From the NCBI RefSeq assembly GCF_009914755.1, contig NC_060941.1: a stretch of DNA of 64,000 nt. One strand, given 5' to 3'. Source of the stretch: the human T2T-CHM13v2.0 reference genome, Homo sapiens. Under the pieces are notes generated by a model. The model did no database searches and was not told where the DNA came from. It saw only the letters and a list, made by a program, of their open reading frames with translations. A program made the position numbers and the translations under genes. Shown here piece by piece: positions 39,963 through 55,478 of the stretch (position 1 is the first letter of the stretch; each line of letters starts with the position of its first letter).

Positions 39963-41519
39963 TGAGGAAGATTGCACCAGGATTGCCTCAGATGGGTCTT
40001 GCTATGAATAAAATTCAATAATACCAAGAAGAGCTTTACAAAAAGAGAGAGAGAGATAAGGTCAAAGAGACTTTTATGTGCTTCATGAATGAAGAACACT
40101 AAGGAGAAACGTTCCAGAAAATTTAGAGGAAAAAAAAAGTGGCTGAACATAAATTTTTGGTGAGGATAATAAAAATAAATAATGCCATAAACTCTTAGAA
40201 AACCTGGTGGTTTTCCTTCAAGGGCTTCAGTTAACTCCAGAGTGAGCTGTGAGCTGTGTCCAATTCCGTCATTTCACGGAGCAGGACACTGAGCCACGGG
40301 CCATTGAGACTTGCGTGTAATGCGGAGCTGGCGAAACACAACAGTGAGGTGTTTATTGGAGAATTTTGAATATGACTAAGTCCTTCTTTACAGAGCTTAG
40401 CATTTTCATCGTCTGTTTTAGGATGAGAGAACAGCATCAGCAGCATTCGGCACGATTGACAGGTTGTGTTTGCTCTTTGCTTATACCTCCTAAAAAGTGG
40501 ACTGTCTTGGAAGTTTTATTGTAGTTCCCCTCGAAGCAGCCGCAGGTGCTCACTGGCTCACTGACAGCGAGGAGGTGATGCAATGGGCGCAGTCATTCCT
40601 CACTGCCATCGGCGTGTGCAGCTTGGGGAAGCACCACAGCACCGGGCGTGGCTCAGTTGACCAGCTGAAGGTTCCAGATCATGGAGGCAGAGAGGAGAAG
40701 CTGGCGACAGAGGGCAAGGCGGGATCTGTGGAGGCTCTTCCTCTGCCACTGTGGAACCCTGAGCCAGCCCCCTGCCTCGGGCCTGTCTATATTCCCACAG
40801 AGATGTGGAGAGCTGTTATGTGTAGCTAGATGGGTTCTAACGTGTCTCCCAGGGCTGGTATTTGGAAGAAATAATAAAGAGGAAAAAGACATTGCTGATG
40901 GATCCCAGTGGATCATGCCTGAGGTTTGGGAGCAGCCCCGGTCTTCCTTATTGAGTCTGTGTGATCTAAGTTTCCCCTCCTGTGACCTGCAGCTTCCTCC
41001 CACAGAGCTTTGCAAACTGTTTTGGCATTAGGATCCTTCTGGGAAATAGCACCTTACTCAAGACCCCAAAATATGACACAGATTAAAAAGGAGGCATGTC
41101 GTTCTGGGTGGGACGTGGGCTGCCCTACCTGACACCCTGCCTGTTGGGGCTCCCATTTCCACCCTCTCCACCCCGAACTCTGAAAACCCCTGTGCGACAG
41201 GGAACTGGCTTTGTCTTGTCTCCTCACAGCCTGACAGCCACAACTCTATTATACAGTAAGACCCCCGAGGCTAGGGACTAAGTCCTGTCTTTTTATCTCC
41301 AGCTCCTAGCAGCATTCCTAACCCAAGGCAGCCACACAGTGTTTGTTGAGTGAATGAATGACCTGGGAACTAGTCGCTAGAATAATGCTACATAACAGAC
41401 AACCCCAGAAATCTCAATGACCTACAGCAACAAAGATCAACATTTTTTCTTCTTAATGGGTACAGATCAGCAGAGGCTGGGCTCCATGTGTAATTTCAGG
41501 GCTCATGGCCACACCCAGC

Positions 41520-42330
41520 ATTGACGCGGAGCAGGGAAAAATTCTGCACCCACTCTTGGCGGGGGAGGGCGGGAACGCACTGCAAAGCCACCTGGCGAAA
41601 GAGGCAAATGTGAAATTCTACACCAGGGAGGGAGGGAAGAATTAGAAACAGGAATCCAATCTGCCACAAACTAGAAAATGGAAACAATAAAAAAGAATGC
41701 CTCCGTGGCGTGGTAGAGGTTGTTACAGCGTCATGTGTTTCAAGCTGCTGTAGGCTACAAAGCCAGGGGTGAGTGGAGCAACCGCGTGCTGTTAATGCCA
41801 CGTCCCCTCTGCTGCGATCACCGCGCAGTGACCGGAAGGAGAGCTCATTCTCACAGAGGGCGATGACGTGCCGGACACAGGGACCCTTGCGCAACAAGGT
41901 CCACCACACAGAGGGATTGAAGCCGTGCGTTCTGCTCTAACAACCGCCCGAGCTGCCCCTCCTCAGAAAATGACCGATTAGGAAGGGAGGCTGGCCTGGC
42001 ATCTCAAAAGCTGTCAGGACAGAGAAAAATGGGGATATTGTCAGCACTTCAGGCTCGGTGGCGGTATATCCGAGGATGTGAGGGTGTCTGCGTAACTGGC
42101 ATCGGAATCGAAAGGCCCCGCCTCCCCCATGCACGGGTGCGCGCACACACTCACACCCTCCCTCCCTCCTGCTCCCCCAAAGGGACTCGAATGAAAGGCG
42201 TAAATACACCGTGTCTGCCTACCCGAGGGCTGCTGTGAGTGTCAGATGAGAAAACGCCTGGGGTAGTGGCCCGAGACTGAAGCGCGCTCCACGCCTACCA
42301 AGTGCCGCTCAACCCCAATTCTGCTCTCGG
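41520..42330. promoter_or_regulatory. CpG-retaining, motif-rich candidate enhancer/promoter
   Basis: Visibly more CpG than the flanks; GC boxes, ACCGGAAG, TGACGTG, TTGCGCAA and GTGCGCGCAC. Confidence 0.45.
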
Positions 42331-42657
42331 GGAGAGAAGAGAACTCCTGCCAGACCCGAGTGTTTTCAGAAGTTTGTCAGTTTAGACTTTCCTTTTTTTC
42401 CTTTCCAAAGCTCCGCTCACCCAAGAGAATAATGTAAACATTCATGATGGCGTTTTCATAGTCCCGGAGGCATTGATCATGATTGTGAATCTGAAAAGAG
42501 CTGAGTTATTCATGTTTGACAATTCAGTCATGCAGCACTCCACATGTTACAATCTTTAATGGTGAACATTGCTTTTACTTTCCAAGCACTTTCTCATCTG
42601 TTGTCTCATAGGGGAGGAGTTATTCTCCCAATTAGGGCAATCAGAAAACAGGGATCA

Positions 42658-43134
<477 letters not shown>

Positions 43135-43524
43135 CTACTGGGGGATAGCGCATGGAGGAATCAGACCCCACAGCCTGCTCTTCTTCCCCCTAGAACCCTC
43201 ACCACTGCCAGATCACTGGGCTATGCACTGCTTCCCTCAAAATGCCTTCAGCTTTCTTTCCCCAACCCCTGAGACTTAAGGATCCCACCTCCCTCCAGAG
43301 GCCTGTGTCCCGTCCCCATTTGTTCCTCATTTCCCTGGGGTCTTTTTGCATCTCCCTTCTCTCCCTCTGCACAGCCACCGTCCTGCCTCCCTATACAAAC
43401 CCCAAAGTAACCTACTCTCCCCACAGATCCTCCAGACAGACAGACACCCACCTGCTGCCTTGGCATGGGCTCCCCTGAAAGCAGTGTCTGGGGCTCGAGC
43501 TGGTGGGCAGGCATGAATTTGTGT

Positions 43525-44261
43525 CTGCAGGGGTTTGAACTGTGTTCTCCAAGCGATCATACCCCCAGCAACTGTAAATGTGACCTTATTCTGGAATAGC
43601 ATCTTTGCAGACGTAATCAAATTAAGGCGAGGTCATAGGGTGGGACTTCAGTCCAAAGGCTGGCATCCTTAAAATAAAGAGAATTTTTTTTTATTTTTTA
43701 TTTTTGAGACAGTGTCTCGCTCTGTTGCCCAGGCTGGAGTGCAGTGACTCAATCTCAGCTCACTGAAATCTCCATCTTTCCGGTTCAAGTGATTCTCATG
43801 CCTCAGCCTCCCGAGTAGCTGGGATTACAGGCACCTGCCACCACGCCCAGCTAATTTTTGTATTTTTAGTAGAGATGGGGTTTCACCATGTTGGCCAGGC
43901 TGGTCTCCAACTCCTGACCTCAGGTGATCCGCCCTCCTCAGCCTCCCAAAGTGCTGGGATTACAGGAGTGAGTCGCCACGTCTGGCCAGAAAGGGAAATT
44001 TGGACACAGAGACACACGCATGAGACCACCAAGGCAGAGACTGGAGTCTACAAGCCAAGGAACGCTGAGGCCTGCAGGCAAGCGCCGGAAGCAAGAGAGG
44101 CACAGGGTGGCTTCTTCCCTGGAGCCGTCAGAAGGAACCCACCTCGCTGACACCTTGATCCTGGGCTTCTGGCCTCCAGAGCCGTGAGAGGATCCATGCC
44201 TGCTGTTCGAAGGCTCTCAGTCTGTGCGAATTTGTTACAGCAGCCACAGGAAACCGACACA
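43525..44261 (+). mobile_element. MLT1B/C-like MaLR solo LTR interrupted by an Alu
   Basis: 'aatgtgaccttattctggaatagcatctttgcagacgtaatcaaattaag' resumes as 'gaaatttggacacagagac..gctgacaccttgat..tttgttacagcagccacaggaaaccgacaca'. Confidence 0.88.
43684..43987 (-). mobile_element. AluS
   Basis: Full antisense dimer. Confidence 0.97.
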
Positions 44262-45261
44262 GTGTCCCTCTCCCTGAGGTGTCTACAGTCCTCAGAAAGA
44301 GATGAGGCCAGGGTCACTTGCAGAAAGTCCTTTGGGAAGCATCGTGATTGGAGCAGCTGTGGCCCGGCGGGGAAGGCAGGACTTGGAGCGGGAGAGAGCT
44401 CTGTGCCAACCCCAGCTTGTCCCCTCGGTGGGGGCAGGTGCTTAGTGTCCCCCACCAGGGGCTCCTCAACTCTCAAGAGGTGAGTTCAATGCCGATCTCC
44501 CAACGTTAATGATAATAATAAGAGAGCAGCAGCCCTTGCCAGGCACCCTGCTGGGCATTCGGAGATATGACTTCTCACCCTTCAAGACGAGTCTGGCCAT
44601 TCCAGGTCAGAGGAACTGGCCGTGAAGAAGCACCCACAACAGCTGGGACACGGCAGGCAACCACCATGCTTCCAGCCTCTCCCGATGGGAAGGTGTCGGC
44701 GTGCAAGGAGCTCTTGCAGGAATGCTTGTATCAAAGACCCCAAACAGGGCAGCAGAGGCCCAAGGCTGGCTGGAGTGCCAGGTGTCAGGGCTGCGTGCCC
44801 CCCACCCTCCCATCCACTCTCCCCCACCCACCCCCCACAGTTGAGACTCCTCCCTCCTGGGCAAGGGTCTGGTCATCCCCCTGACACCTGGCTTCCTCTG
44901 AACTCTGCTCTGAGAGTCACCTTTCATGCATTCGTCATTCACTCAAAAAGCCCACTCTGAGCACCCAGGCTGTGCCCGATGCCATGCTGCAAAACGGAGC
45001 CCTTACTTGAAGATGCAAGCCCAGCACACCTCCAACAGAGGTCCAGGCCTTGGGGCAGTGGCAGAAACCTGAGGCCATGCTGGCTTCCCCCCAGCTCCCC
45101 ATCCCCACCTCCTCCCCTGCCACCTCCCAGGGATGCCTGTAAGCCCAGGTTTCTCCAACTGGGGTCCTCAGGAGCTCTGGGTGAGGGGCTCAGGACACAC
45201 TCATCAGCACAGCTTGCTGGAGTAATCATTTTACTTAAGTAGATTGGGATGGGAGGAGTAA

Positions 45262-45555
<294 letters not shown>

Positions 45556-48500
45556 TAAGTAATTTGATTGTTGCACAACCTAAAGCATAATTGTTCTACT
45601 AAGACACATAGGACCATATTACAGGGCACAATGTAAAAGTCATGAATTTCTACAACAAGCCTCAGTGGTTCAGAAACTTCTGTTCCCTTCTGCCTGCAAT
45701 CCCACAGGATCCGCTCTGGCCTGGAGCAAACTCTCATTTTCCCAAGAGAGCAGCGCCCCAGCCTCCCTCCAGGCCCCATTCCAGAATCGCAGCCTCCTCT
45801 TGGTCCAGAAGTACTCGTCCCGAAGCCTGCTGAAAGGCTGAAGCCTGGAGTCACAGGAGTGGCTCCTGGGCAGCCATGGAAGCCTCCTTCCCTGTGGTGG
45901 CGGCAGCAAGGACACCAGCCATTAATCACTCTTCTCTCCGTTTTGTCAGACCCAGCAGCCTCCTGAAGATGCTGCATAAACACATTTAACCTTTAAAGGG
46001 TCGGGTGGCAGCCCCAGGGAGGGAAAGCTCAACATCCTCACCCCTGGGGTAAGCCCCCCTCCCTCCTCTGCTCTCAGACTCTCCTGGTCAAGGAAGAGGA
46101 GGGAGTTTAAAACAAGAAGGAAGGGCTCTTGGTGACCCTCACTCCACCCGTCAAGCTGACAGAGCTCCGGCTACTGAGAATCCAGGGGAGGTTCTCCAAG
46201 GAGGACGAGGGTCTAGGAGAGATGTCAGCAGGAGTGGCTGCGCCTGTCTGTCATCGCTTCCCCAGGGGCCTCTGCCACTGTGGCCCCTGAGGATGGGGCC
46301 TTTCCTGTCCACAGGAGCAAGAAGCAGTGAGGGTCCCAGGCTGGGGGAAGGGGCTCTGCCTGGGGCCTGACACCTGGGGGTCTGCTTGGCTGGAGGGGGG
46401 CCTCCGCCACCCCTTCCCTTTTTCTCCCTCCCACATTCATTCAGCAAAATCAGGAGCCGCTTCCAGGTTCCAGGCATGGAACCTGGGAACCAACGATGAA
46501 AGGAGAAAGAAAAGACAGTGTCTGACCCCAGGGGACTCCTGGTGGGTGCAGGGTGGGGAGCAGGCTTGCGAGACACTATTTCCATAGGATGAATGTAAAT
46601 TCCAGGATGGGTAGGAAGGAGGCGCTGTGGAGCCCTGAGAGGGGAACGGAGCTCCAGTGCTGGAGAGGTGGCTGTCAGAGACGGGCAGCTCAGCAAAGGT
46701 GACATTTGACCTCGGTCTTACAGTATGAGTAAGAGTTCTCTGAACAGACAGAGGGAACTTGAATGTACTGGCTAGGACCTGGGCGGTGAGGACGTGGAGG
46801 CCAAGGCTCAGGTCTCAGCCACCCTGGAGCGTCAGTGAGGCCAGCCCCGAGCACCAAGACCACGCAGTGGACGCAGGGCTCTCATGGTGGATGCGTTACC
46901 TGCTGCTGGCAGCTCGCCCCAGGACCCCTCAGCTACAGAGACCTGCCCACGGCGACGCCCTCCCCTGAGGGGCCACAGCCAAAGGCCTGTGCTGGAGAGC
47001 AGGGCTGGCTGCCTCAGCCCACTCAGGACAGCTCTGAGGGCTGCCCTGGCCAGGCTCTCCCGCAGCCGCTCCAGCGTCCGCCTCCATTGTTCCTCAATAA
47101 CCATCCTGCAGACTCAGCCTGCTGCCTGGGAAACCAAACCCGCAACACACAGAGGGTGACGGTAAAGCTGTAATTTAGAAACCAATGGGCAGTAAACCAG
47201 ATCAGAAATAAAAGCTCCCCATCAGCTGGAAACCCAAACTCATTCCAATCTCACAACCAAGGCTCACTCCCTCCAAATGCCCACTATGGAGGACCACAGA
47301 GATCGAGGCTTCCCGGGGAGCCGTTCGAGATTCTGTCTCCCATGTTCTTGAGGTTCCTAAACCCCTAAACCAGGACACCGCACACCCGGGACGCCACCGT
47401 AGGATAGAGGGGGTTTGTCCTAAAGAAACACTGTCACGTCAGACATGGGATGGCCTGGCGCAAAAGAATGCACCACAGCTTAAGTGACACCGAAGATGCA
47501 AAAGCCAGTGTCCCAGGATGCGGAGTAAGGGCACCCAGACACCGATGCTCAGAATATCTCAGAGACACACCTGCATCACCCCAGAGACGCTGGAAGCCAC
47601 AGAGTGCACACAGATGGCTTTCTTACCCACCGTGCATGGCCTGCCCCAGCAAAAGGGGCCGGCTGAGTTTCCGGGGCAGCAGATGAAGAAACCTCGGCTC
47701 TCAGAGAGGGAAATCAGAGGTAACAGACAGAACTCACCTCTTCCTCCTCTTCTTCTCTCTGTATCACTGGCTAAGAGGTTTGAGGTGGGAAGCAAATGGG
47801 TGGCCTTTGAGTGCTTGAGTTTGTCCATCAATTACACTCTCCCGCCCGAGCCATTGCAACCTGCTTTCCATAGATATCGTGAACCTCTGGCCGGGCACTG
47901 ACCTAACACCAGCTTGGAGTGGCTGCTGAATGGCACTTGTTCATTTGTTTGTGGTGAGGAAGCTTAGTTGCCAGGGATTTGTTAAAGAAGACATCATGGT
48001 ATGTTGTTCATTAACTCTGACCTGCCTGGCTACCTTTATTTGTAGTGGAGAGAGGGAGGCATTCTGCCCTCTGGATTTCTAACGTGCCAAGCATGTATGA
48101 CAATGGCTTACAAATGCCAGTCCCTGTGGGGATGGTTTGTTCCCGTGACAATGTGCAGGTGAGCAGGCATTTTCCCCTCTCTCCTCCTCCTCGTCAGGCC
48201 TCAGGGGGTTAAAGGCTGGGAGCATGAGGAGTCTCAGGGTGGAGGATGGAGGAGGCCTGAACTAGGACCAGGTGGAGACTCGCCCCACAGGTGAGATGGA
48301 GGAAGTGACCTGGGCACAGAGTGGGCTTGGAGTATGCAGTACACAGTGGCCCTTGTGGCTGGGGTGAGGCAGGTGTGAGCCCCTCCGGGGACAGCCCTGA
48401 GCCAGAGGGTGCTGAAGGGGTCTTACCATACGTGGCCTCAAGTAGCAAGCTGGTCACCTTGAATCCCGAGAGCAACGCCAGGTAGAAGCCTGAGGAGTTG

Positions 48501-49083
48501 CTGGGGACAAGGCAAAAGGGCTGGGCCTGGGGTTGCAAGGAAGCACAGTGTGGGATAGGACAGGGATAGCAGCCCCTGAGGCCCTTCGTGTGAGCTGCAG
48601 GTGTGGGCAGGGCCAGAAAGGACACACGCAGGAGTGGGCAGGCAAGAGCAATAGAACAACAAGCAGAACCAGGGCAGGGCCCTGGCAATGGGGCCTCAGC
48701 CAGGCACTGAGCTTCCAGGCCCACCCATCAGCCCCAACGGGCCAGGCTCCATCCCTGAGGACTCAGGGTCAGGCAGGGCCAACAGAAGGCCAGACAGGGA
48801 GAGCAGGAGCCAGGTGACTTCCATTCCAGGGAGCAGCGCTGCGCCAGGAGCAGGAGGGAGGAAGAGCAGGACGGGGCCTCCGCAAGCCTCTCTGGGGAGC
48901 AACCCTGGAGCTCAGCTACCTCCACTGCAGCTCAGGTCTCTGAGGCCTGCAGCTCAGCACAGCTTCTTATCTGAGATGCTTCATAAAGGGCCCTTCCCGG
49001 GCACCCCTGCCCCTGTCCCCCCTAAACTCCGGGAATGGGGTCTGCCCAGGTGGGCCTGCCCACTAACCTCTGAGAACCCATGC

Positions 49084-49345
49084 GGACTGGGCATGGTAGC
49101 TCACGCCTGTAATCCCAGCACTTTGGGAGGCTGAGGCAGGAGGATCGCTTGAGCCCAGGAATTTGAAACCAGCCTGGGCAACAAGGCAAAAGTCTGTCTC
49201 TACTAAAAATACAAAAATTAGCTGGGGACGCTGAGGTGGGAGGATCACCTGAGCCCGGGAAGTCAAGGCTACAGTGAGCCATGATTATGCCACTGCACTC
49301 CAGCCTGGGCGACAGAGTGAGACACTGTCTCAAAAAACAAAAAGA
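49084..49345 (+). mobile_element. AluJ with internal deletion at the start of the right monomer
   Basis: 'gagcccaggaatttgaaaccagcctgggcaac'; TSD GAGAACCCATG(C/G)GGACTGG at 49072-49090 and 49346-49364. Confidence 0.95.
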
Positions 49346-49519
49346 GAGAACCCATGGGGACTGGCGTGAGCTTCAGGTCGTGTTGTCTGGGTTCAAGATC
49401 TCCATCAGGCACTTAGTAGGGGTCCATCTTATAAGCGAACCTGAGCCTCAGTTTCCTCGTATGTAAATGACAAATAACAATTATTAATAGCTACCTCATA
49501 AGATTGATGTGATAATTTT

Positions 49520-49573
49520 ATTTTTTGTACTGTTTTTAAATTTTTAAAATTTCTGTGGGTACACGGTAGGTGT

Positions 49574-49615
<42 letters not shown>

Positions 49616-49943
49616 TTCTGGGGTACATGAGATGTTTGATACAGGCATGCAATGTGAAATAAGCTCATCATGGAGAGTGGGGTATCCATCCCCTCAAGCA
49701 TTTATCCTTTGAGTTACAAACAATCCAATGACACTCTTTAAGTTATTTTAAAATGTACAATTAAGTTATTATTGACTATAGTCACCATATTGTGCTATCA
49801 AATAGTAGATCTTATTCTTTTTTTAACTATGTTTTGTACCCTTTAACCATCCCCACCGCCCCTCCAGCTTCCAACTACCCTTCCTAGTCTCTGGTAACCA
49901 TCCTTTCACTCTCTAGGTCCATGAGTTCAATTGTTTTGATCTT
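49520..49943 (-). mobile_element. L1MA-type 3' end with internal (TA)n
   Basis: 'ggggtacatgagatgtttgatacaggcatgcaatgtgaaataag' and 'ggggtatccatcccctcaagcatttatcc'. Confidence 0.9.
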
Positions 49944-49954
49944 TGGTGTGATAA

Positions 49955-50253
<299 letters not shown>

Positions 50254-50341
50254 CTATGATAACTTTTTAAACAATATACTTAAAAGATGCTTAGCACAAG
50301 GCCAAGCAAACCCTAAATGCTCAAAACACACTTTTTAAAAC

Positions 50342-50380
<39 letters not shown>
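50342..50380. repeat. (TTA)13 microsatellite
   Basis: Directly visible. Confidence 0.95.
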
Positions 50381-50383
<3 letters not shown>

Positions 50384-50574
50384 GTGACAACTTCAGTCCC
50401 CGCCACAGAGGGCTGTAGGGACTACCCCAGTACATTCTTTTTCTCTATATATTTGTCTGATCCTCTGGCAAAGTGACATTTGGAGGTTTAGAGGTGGCCG
50501 ATGACTCCAGCTTAAAAGAGCTGTGGAAAAAAATAGATGAAGAAACAGGAATCATTCCACCAAGCCCACAACCT

Positions 50575-51101
<527 letters not shown>

Positions 51102-52119
51102 AACTCCTGCTGCCTCTTCACCTCTAATGTTTCCCATCTCATCTCCGAAGAGCAGCCAAGCAGAAGCTCAAAAGAACCGCTCCAGCTCCCCCCTGCTCCC
51201 AGGACCTGCTCAGACCCGGGGGGATGTCATGGCCCGGATCTGTCTGTCTTGTCTACAGGTAGAGGGCGGCTTATCTGTCCCCAGTAGACCCTGTCTGTAC
51301 CCCTCTCACCCCATGAGACCCTACCTCGGCCTCTCCTTCTCGCTGAGACATCTCCTCCCTCCCTGGTCCTCCACCTTCAGGTCCTCACGGCTGAGAGCCC
51401 CTGGCAGCTCCGGGAATTATCGGGCGGCATCCTGACTCCCGCCTTGCTCCTCAGACCCCTCCCCACACCCTGGCCCATTCCGGGTACAAGGGCGACTTGG
51501 TTGCCTTCATTATAGACTATAGCACAAAAACACAATAAAATAAAATGAATGTTTTCTCCGCGAAAATCCATTAGATGAGTTACTGTTGTAATTTAATAAT
51601 GGGATGGGAAACTACAGCAAGTTACCGAAGTATATAATTAAAGTAAATCTATTTTAAAGCCCTTTATTGCTTAGTATTTCTCAGATCCCAGTCTCTCTTT
51701 CGCCTCCGCTCCCCTCCCCCCACCACCCCCCTTCCCTTTTTCTGAGCCTGAGGAGGAGGCTGGGTGTCACGGGTTTCTCTGAAATTGTCAGTACCTCGGT
51801 GGCAAACACAGCTTCCTGCTCTTTCCAGGAGAGGATCCTATGCCTGGCATCCCTGAGGCCCCAGGCTGGCCTCCCTTTGTCAGAGCAGGGGCAGAATGAT
51901 GCTGCTACTGACTGATCCAGGACCCACCTCTGCTAGATCCTGGGGAGTGAGGCTTGATTCTTGCCCTAAAAGCAAAGCCGCCAAAACTGGGCAGAGGGTG
52001 ATGCAGGGGAGTAGGGAGATGTCTGCACTAAGAATCCCCTTCACAAAGGACAGATGCCGCTGAGCCCTGCACCTCAGATTTGCCAATGATCGCCAATTCC
52101 AAGACAGCATTGTGGTTAA

Positions 52120-52220
52120 GACGCAGCAGGAAGCTAAGGCTCAGAGAGGTTTGGAACTTGCCCAGGGTCACACAGCTATAAGTGTCAGAGCTGGAATTGG
52201 ATCTCAGGCACCTGACACAG
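52120..52220 (-). mobile_element. MIR fragment
   Basis: 'ggctcagagaggtttggaacttgcccagggtcacacagcta'. Confidence 0.8.
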
Positions 52221-53045
52221 GCCCGGCTGCCTCCAAGAAGCTCCCAAGTCTGGATTCCTGTGTGCTGGATGTAAAAGCCAGTGAGCCTGGCCAATTATTG
52301 CCCATTTTCAAAGGAGGAAAGAGGAGAGGAAAGCTTGTGGCTATTACCTCCATGGTCATTGTCTGCTTTCTGAAGGAGAGCCCCAGGAGTGGCAGAGTCA
52401 AGCCACACCTGCAATCCTGCACACCCCAAATCCTCTCTCAGTTACACCCCAACCCCTCCTTGGTAAAGAGATGAATTACCTTCATCAGAAGGGCCAGGGT
52501 AGGTCCTTCGGGGGCTCACTGGAAGCCCTAGCACCTGAGATTGACCTGGCCTGCCATAGGGAAGGGGACTCTGCAGCCGGCCAGTTCAGGACAGGAAGGG
52601 GCCAGCCAAGCCTCTGGTCACTTGAAGTGAGCTTGATGAAAGAAGTTTTGTGGTTCATTCAAACACACAATGATGCATTCTCCCCCTTCTAGAGCCCCCG
52701 GACCGCACTCAGGGATCACTGTGCTACTGGCAGCCACAGAGAACCAAGTGACCCAAATGAAGCCACACGGGCACTTTGAAATCACAGTGAGCTCTTGGCA
52801 TAACAGAGAAAATTACTCCCAAGGAAGACTCTCCCTGCCCACTGATGGGTTTTCCAGGGAAAGTTGGACCTCTGGAGATCCCACGCTTCCAGAGAAGCCA
52901 GTGTGCCACCCCAGCCCCGGGCATGAGTCCTGTCTCCCTCCTCGCCCAGCACAGAGCCAAGCTTCTGCAACCAAGAAAGCACCAGGAGCCCCAGGCGCCT
53001 AGGGGATGCTAGAGAGAGATGCAGGTTCTGCCAGGCTGTGAGTCC

Positions 53046-53076
53046 ATGCAAATGAGATGCAAAGTGATATGCAAAT
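53046..53076 (+). promoter_or_regulatory. Triple POU octamer cluster
   Basis: ATGCAAAT (53046), ATGCAAAG (53057), ATGCAAAT (53069). Function is inferred only. Confidence 0.5.
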
Positions 53077-54186
53077 CCAAGCTTCCCTTTCTGAATCTCA
53101 AGTTGTCATCTGGTGGCTGAGCCCTCCTAGTGCTCTGAAGGCCGCTGTCTCCTTCCAGCCTCGTGCATATCAAGGACAGGGAGCTCTGACGATGGGGTGA
53201 TGGGGCGATTGGGGAAGGCAAGCAGAGTTTTGTAGATGGCAGGGGCAGGATGGTTGCCGACCCCCCTGCAGACCTGACAATCCCTCGGCATACCCGACCC
53301 AGTGCCGAGTTTCCTGGGGCTCAGTGGTTGCCACTTCCTTCTTTGCAGCCTTCCTTTTTGGCTCCAGAGAGGTGCCCCAAGACATGCACCTCAAAGCCCC
53401 AAGGGAATGCCCCAACCCAGGGCACCTCCAGGTTGAATGCTCAGCGACTTCGGGAATGCAGATGCCACACACATCCCTCACCTATTGGGCTGCAAGAGGT
53501 AGTTGTTAAACTTTGGAACCACTGAGAGTGGGATTCTCCACCAGGATTTTCAAGCTTAGAGCCATCTTGGGCTGCTTTCCAGATGAAGGAAGAAAGCCGA
53601 GCGGGGGAGTGCGCCCTGCCTGCTCAGCCAGGATCGTGCCTCCGAAAACACACTTCAGTGTGCCCAGGAGTTCAAGAGCTCAGGGCTCCCTCTCAGCCCC
53701 CATCTGGCACCTGTTCCCAGGCTGGGAGCACTTAGAACCTTCTTAGAAAGTGCTCCCTGCGGCGTGTAAGAGCTGCAGGGCTCTGAACTAGAGAAGGAGC
53801 CAAAATTCATAACCATGGTGACAAAGAGGCCAACAGCAGAGGGGCTGGCCTTGGAGCAGCCAATTAGAGGACTAGGAAGGTGAGAGCTGAGAAGGGAAGG
53901 GGCTCTGGAGGCAAAGGAAAAGCAGACAGTGCAAGAAAACTTCAAAAAGGGTCGAAGGAGTAAGGGTGGGGCCCAAAGACAAACACCCCCCAGCCCCACC
54001 CTCCAGCCCTGCCTGAGGTCTAGCCGCCATGCCCACGGACCTCATGAGGGCCCAAGATTTCTCTGCAGGGCTGCGGCCCTCAGCAGGCCCAGATACCTGG
54101 TCAAGGCCTCTGGCTTTTCTCTACTCTCCCTTGCCCCTCCAATACCTCCGCATCTGAGATGAGAAGAACATTCGGGGTGGAGGTGA

Positions 54187-54682
<496 letters not shown>

Positions 54683-55128
54683 AGAGTGAGCTGTTTCATA
54701 AATCATCCTCCGGTCGTGGATATGAACACTCTTTATGCCCACAGAGCTGTATACGAGAATATGATGTGCTTCTTCGGACCATGGGCACGTGCTGAGCTTC
54801 AGCTGCACGCTAGGCTCTGTGCTGGCCCCAGGGTTCAGGGATAGCTGGCAGGGGAAATTCTCTCTGGCACATCCCCTTTTCCCTTCCCATCCATGCCCAC
54901 ACTGGCTCTGTGCCTTCTGCAATTAATTTCAAAACTGAGGCTCCCCATTGCTCCTCCATGGTGAACATGACCCAGGGTACAACAAAGCCCTGAGAAAGAA
55001 CAAGATAATTCACCAAACTAAATGGAAAGCCAAATCCTGACACTGAAGGTACTCCCCCATACTGAGAGGGTGCTGGCATCTCCCCTGATCATTAGGCAGG
55101 CCCTCTGGGTAATGTTGGTGGCAGCAGA

Positions 55129-55478
55129 GTGCTATAGACTGAATTGTGTCCCCTCCAAATTCATATGTTAAAGCCCTAACCCCCAAACCTAACAACGTGG
55201 TGGTATTTGGAGATGGGGCTTTTGGGGACGTGATTAACATTAGATGAGGTAATGAGGGTGGGACCCCCTGATGGGATTAGTGCCTTAATGAGGAGATACC
55301 AGAAGGATCATTCCCTCTCTGCCATGTGAGCACACAGCAAGAAGGCGGCCGTCTGCAAGCCAGGAAGAGAGCCCTCATCAGAATCAACCATGCTGCTCAC
55401 TGATCTCGGCCTTCCACCCTCCAGAACTGCAAGAAAATAAATTTCTGTTATTTAAGCCCCCAAGTTTATGGTATTGCA
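55129..55478 (+). mobile_element. MLT1A-like MaLR solo LTR
   Basis: 'tgctatagactgaattgtgtccc..aaattcatatgtt..ctccagaactgcaagaaaataaatttctgtt'. Confidence 0.88.

Noticed and set aside
40497-40829. Peptide TDSEEVMQWAQSFL resembling a PH-domain C-terminal helix
   Set aside because: The resemblance is short, the splice acceptor is weak, there is no clear donor and no partner exons. tBLASTn or PhyloCSF would settle it.
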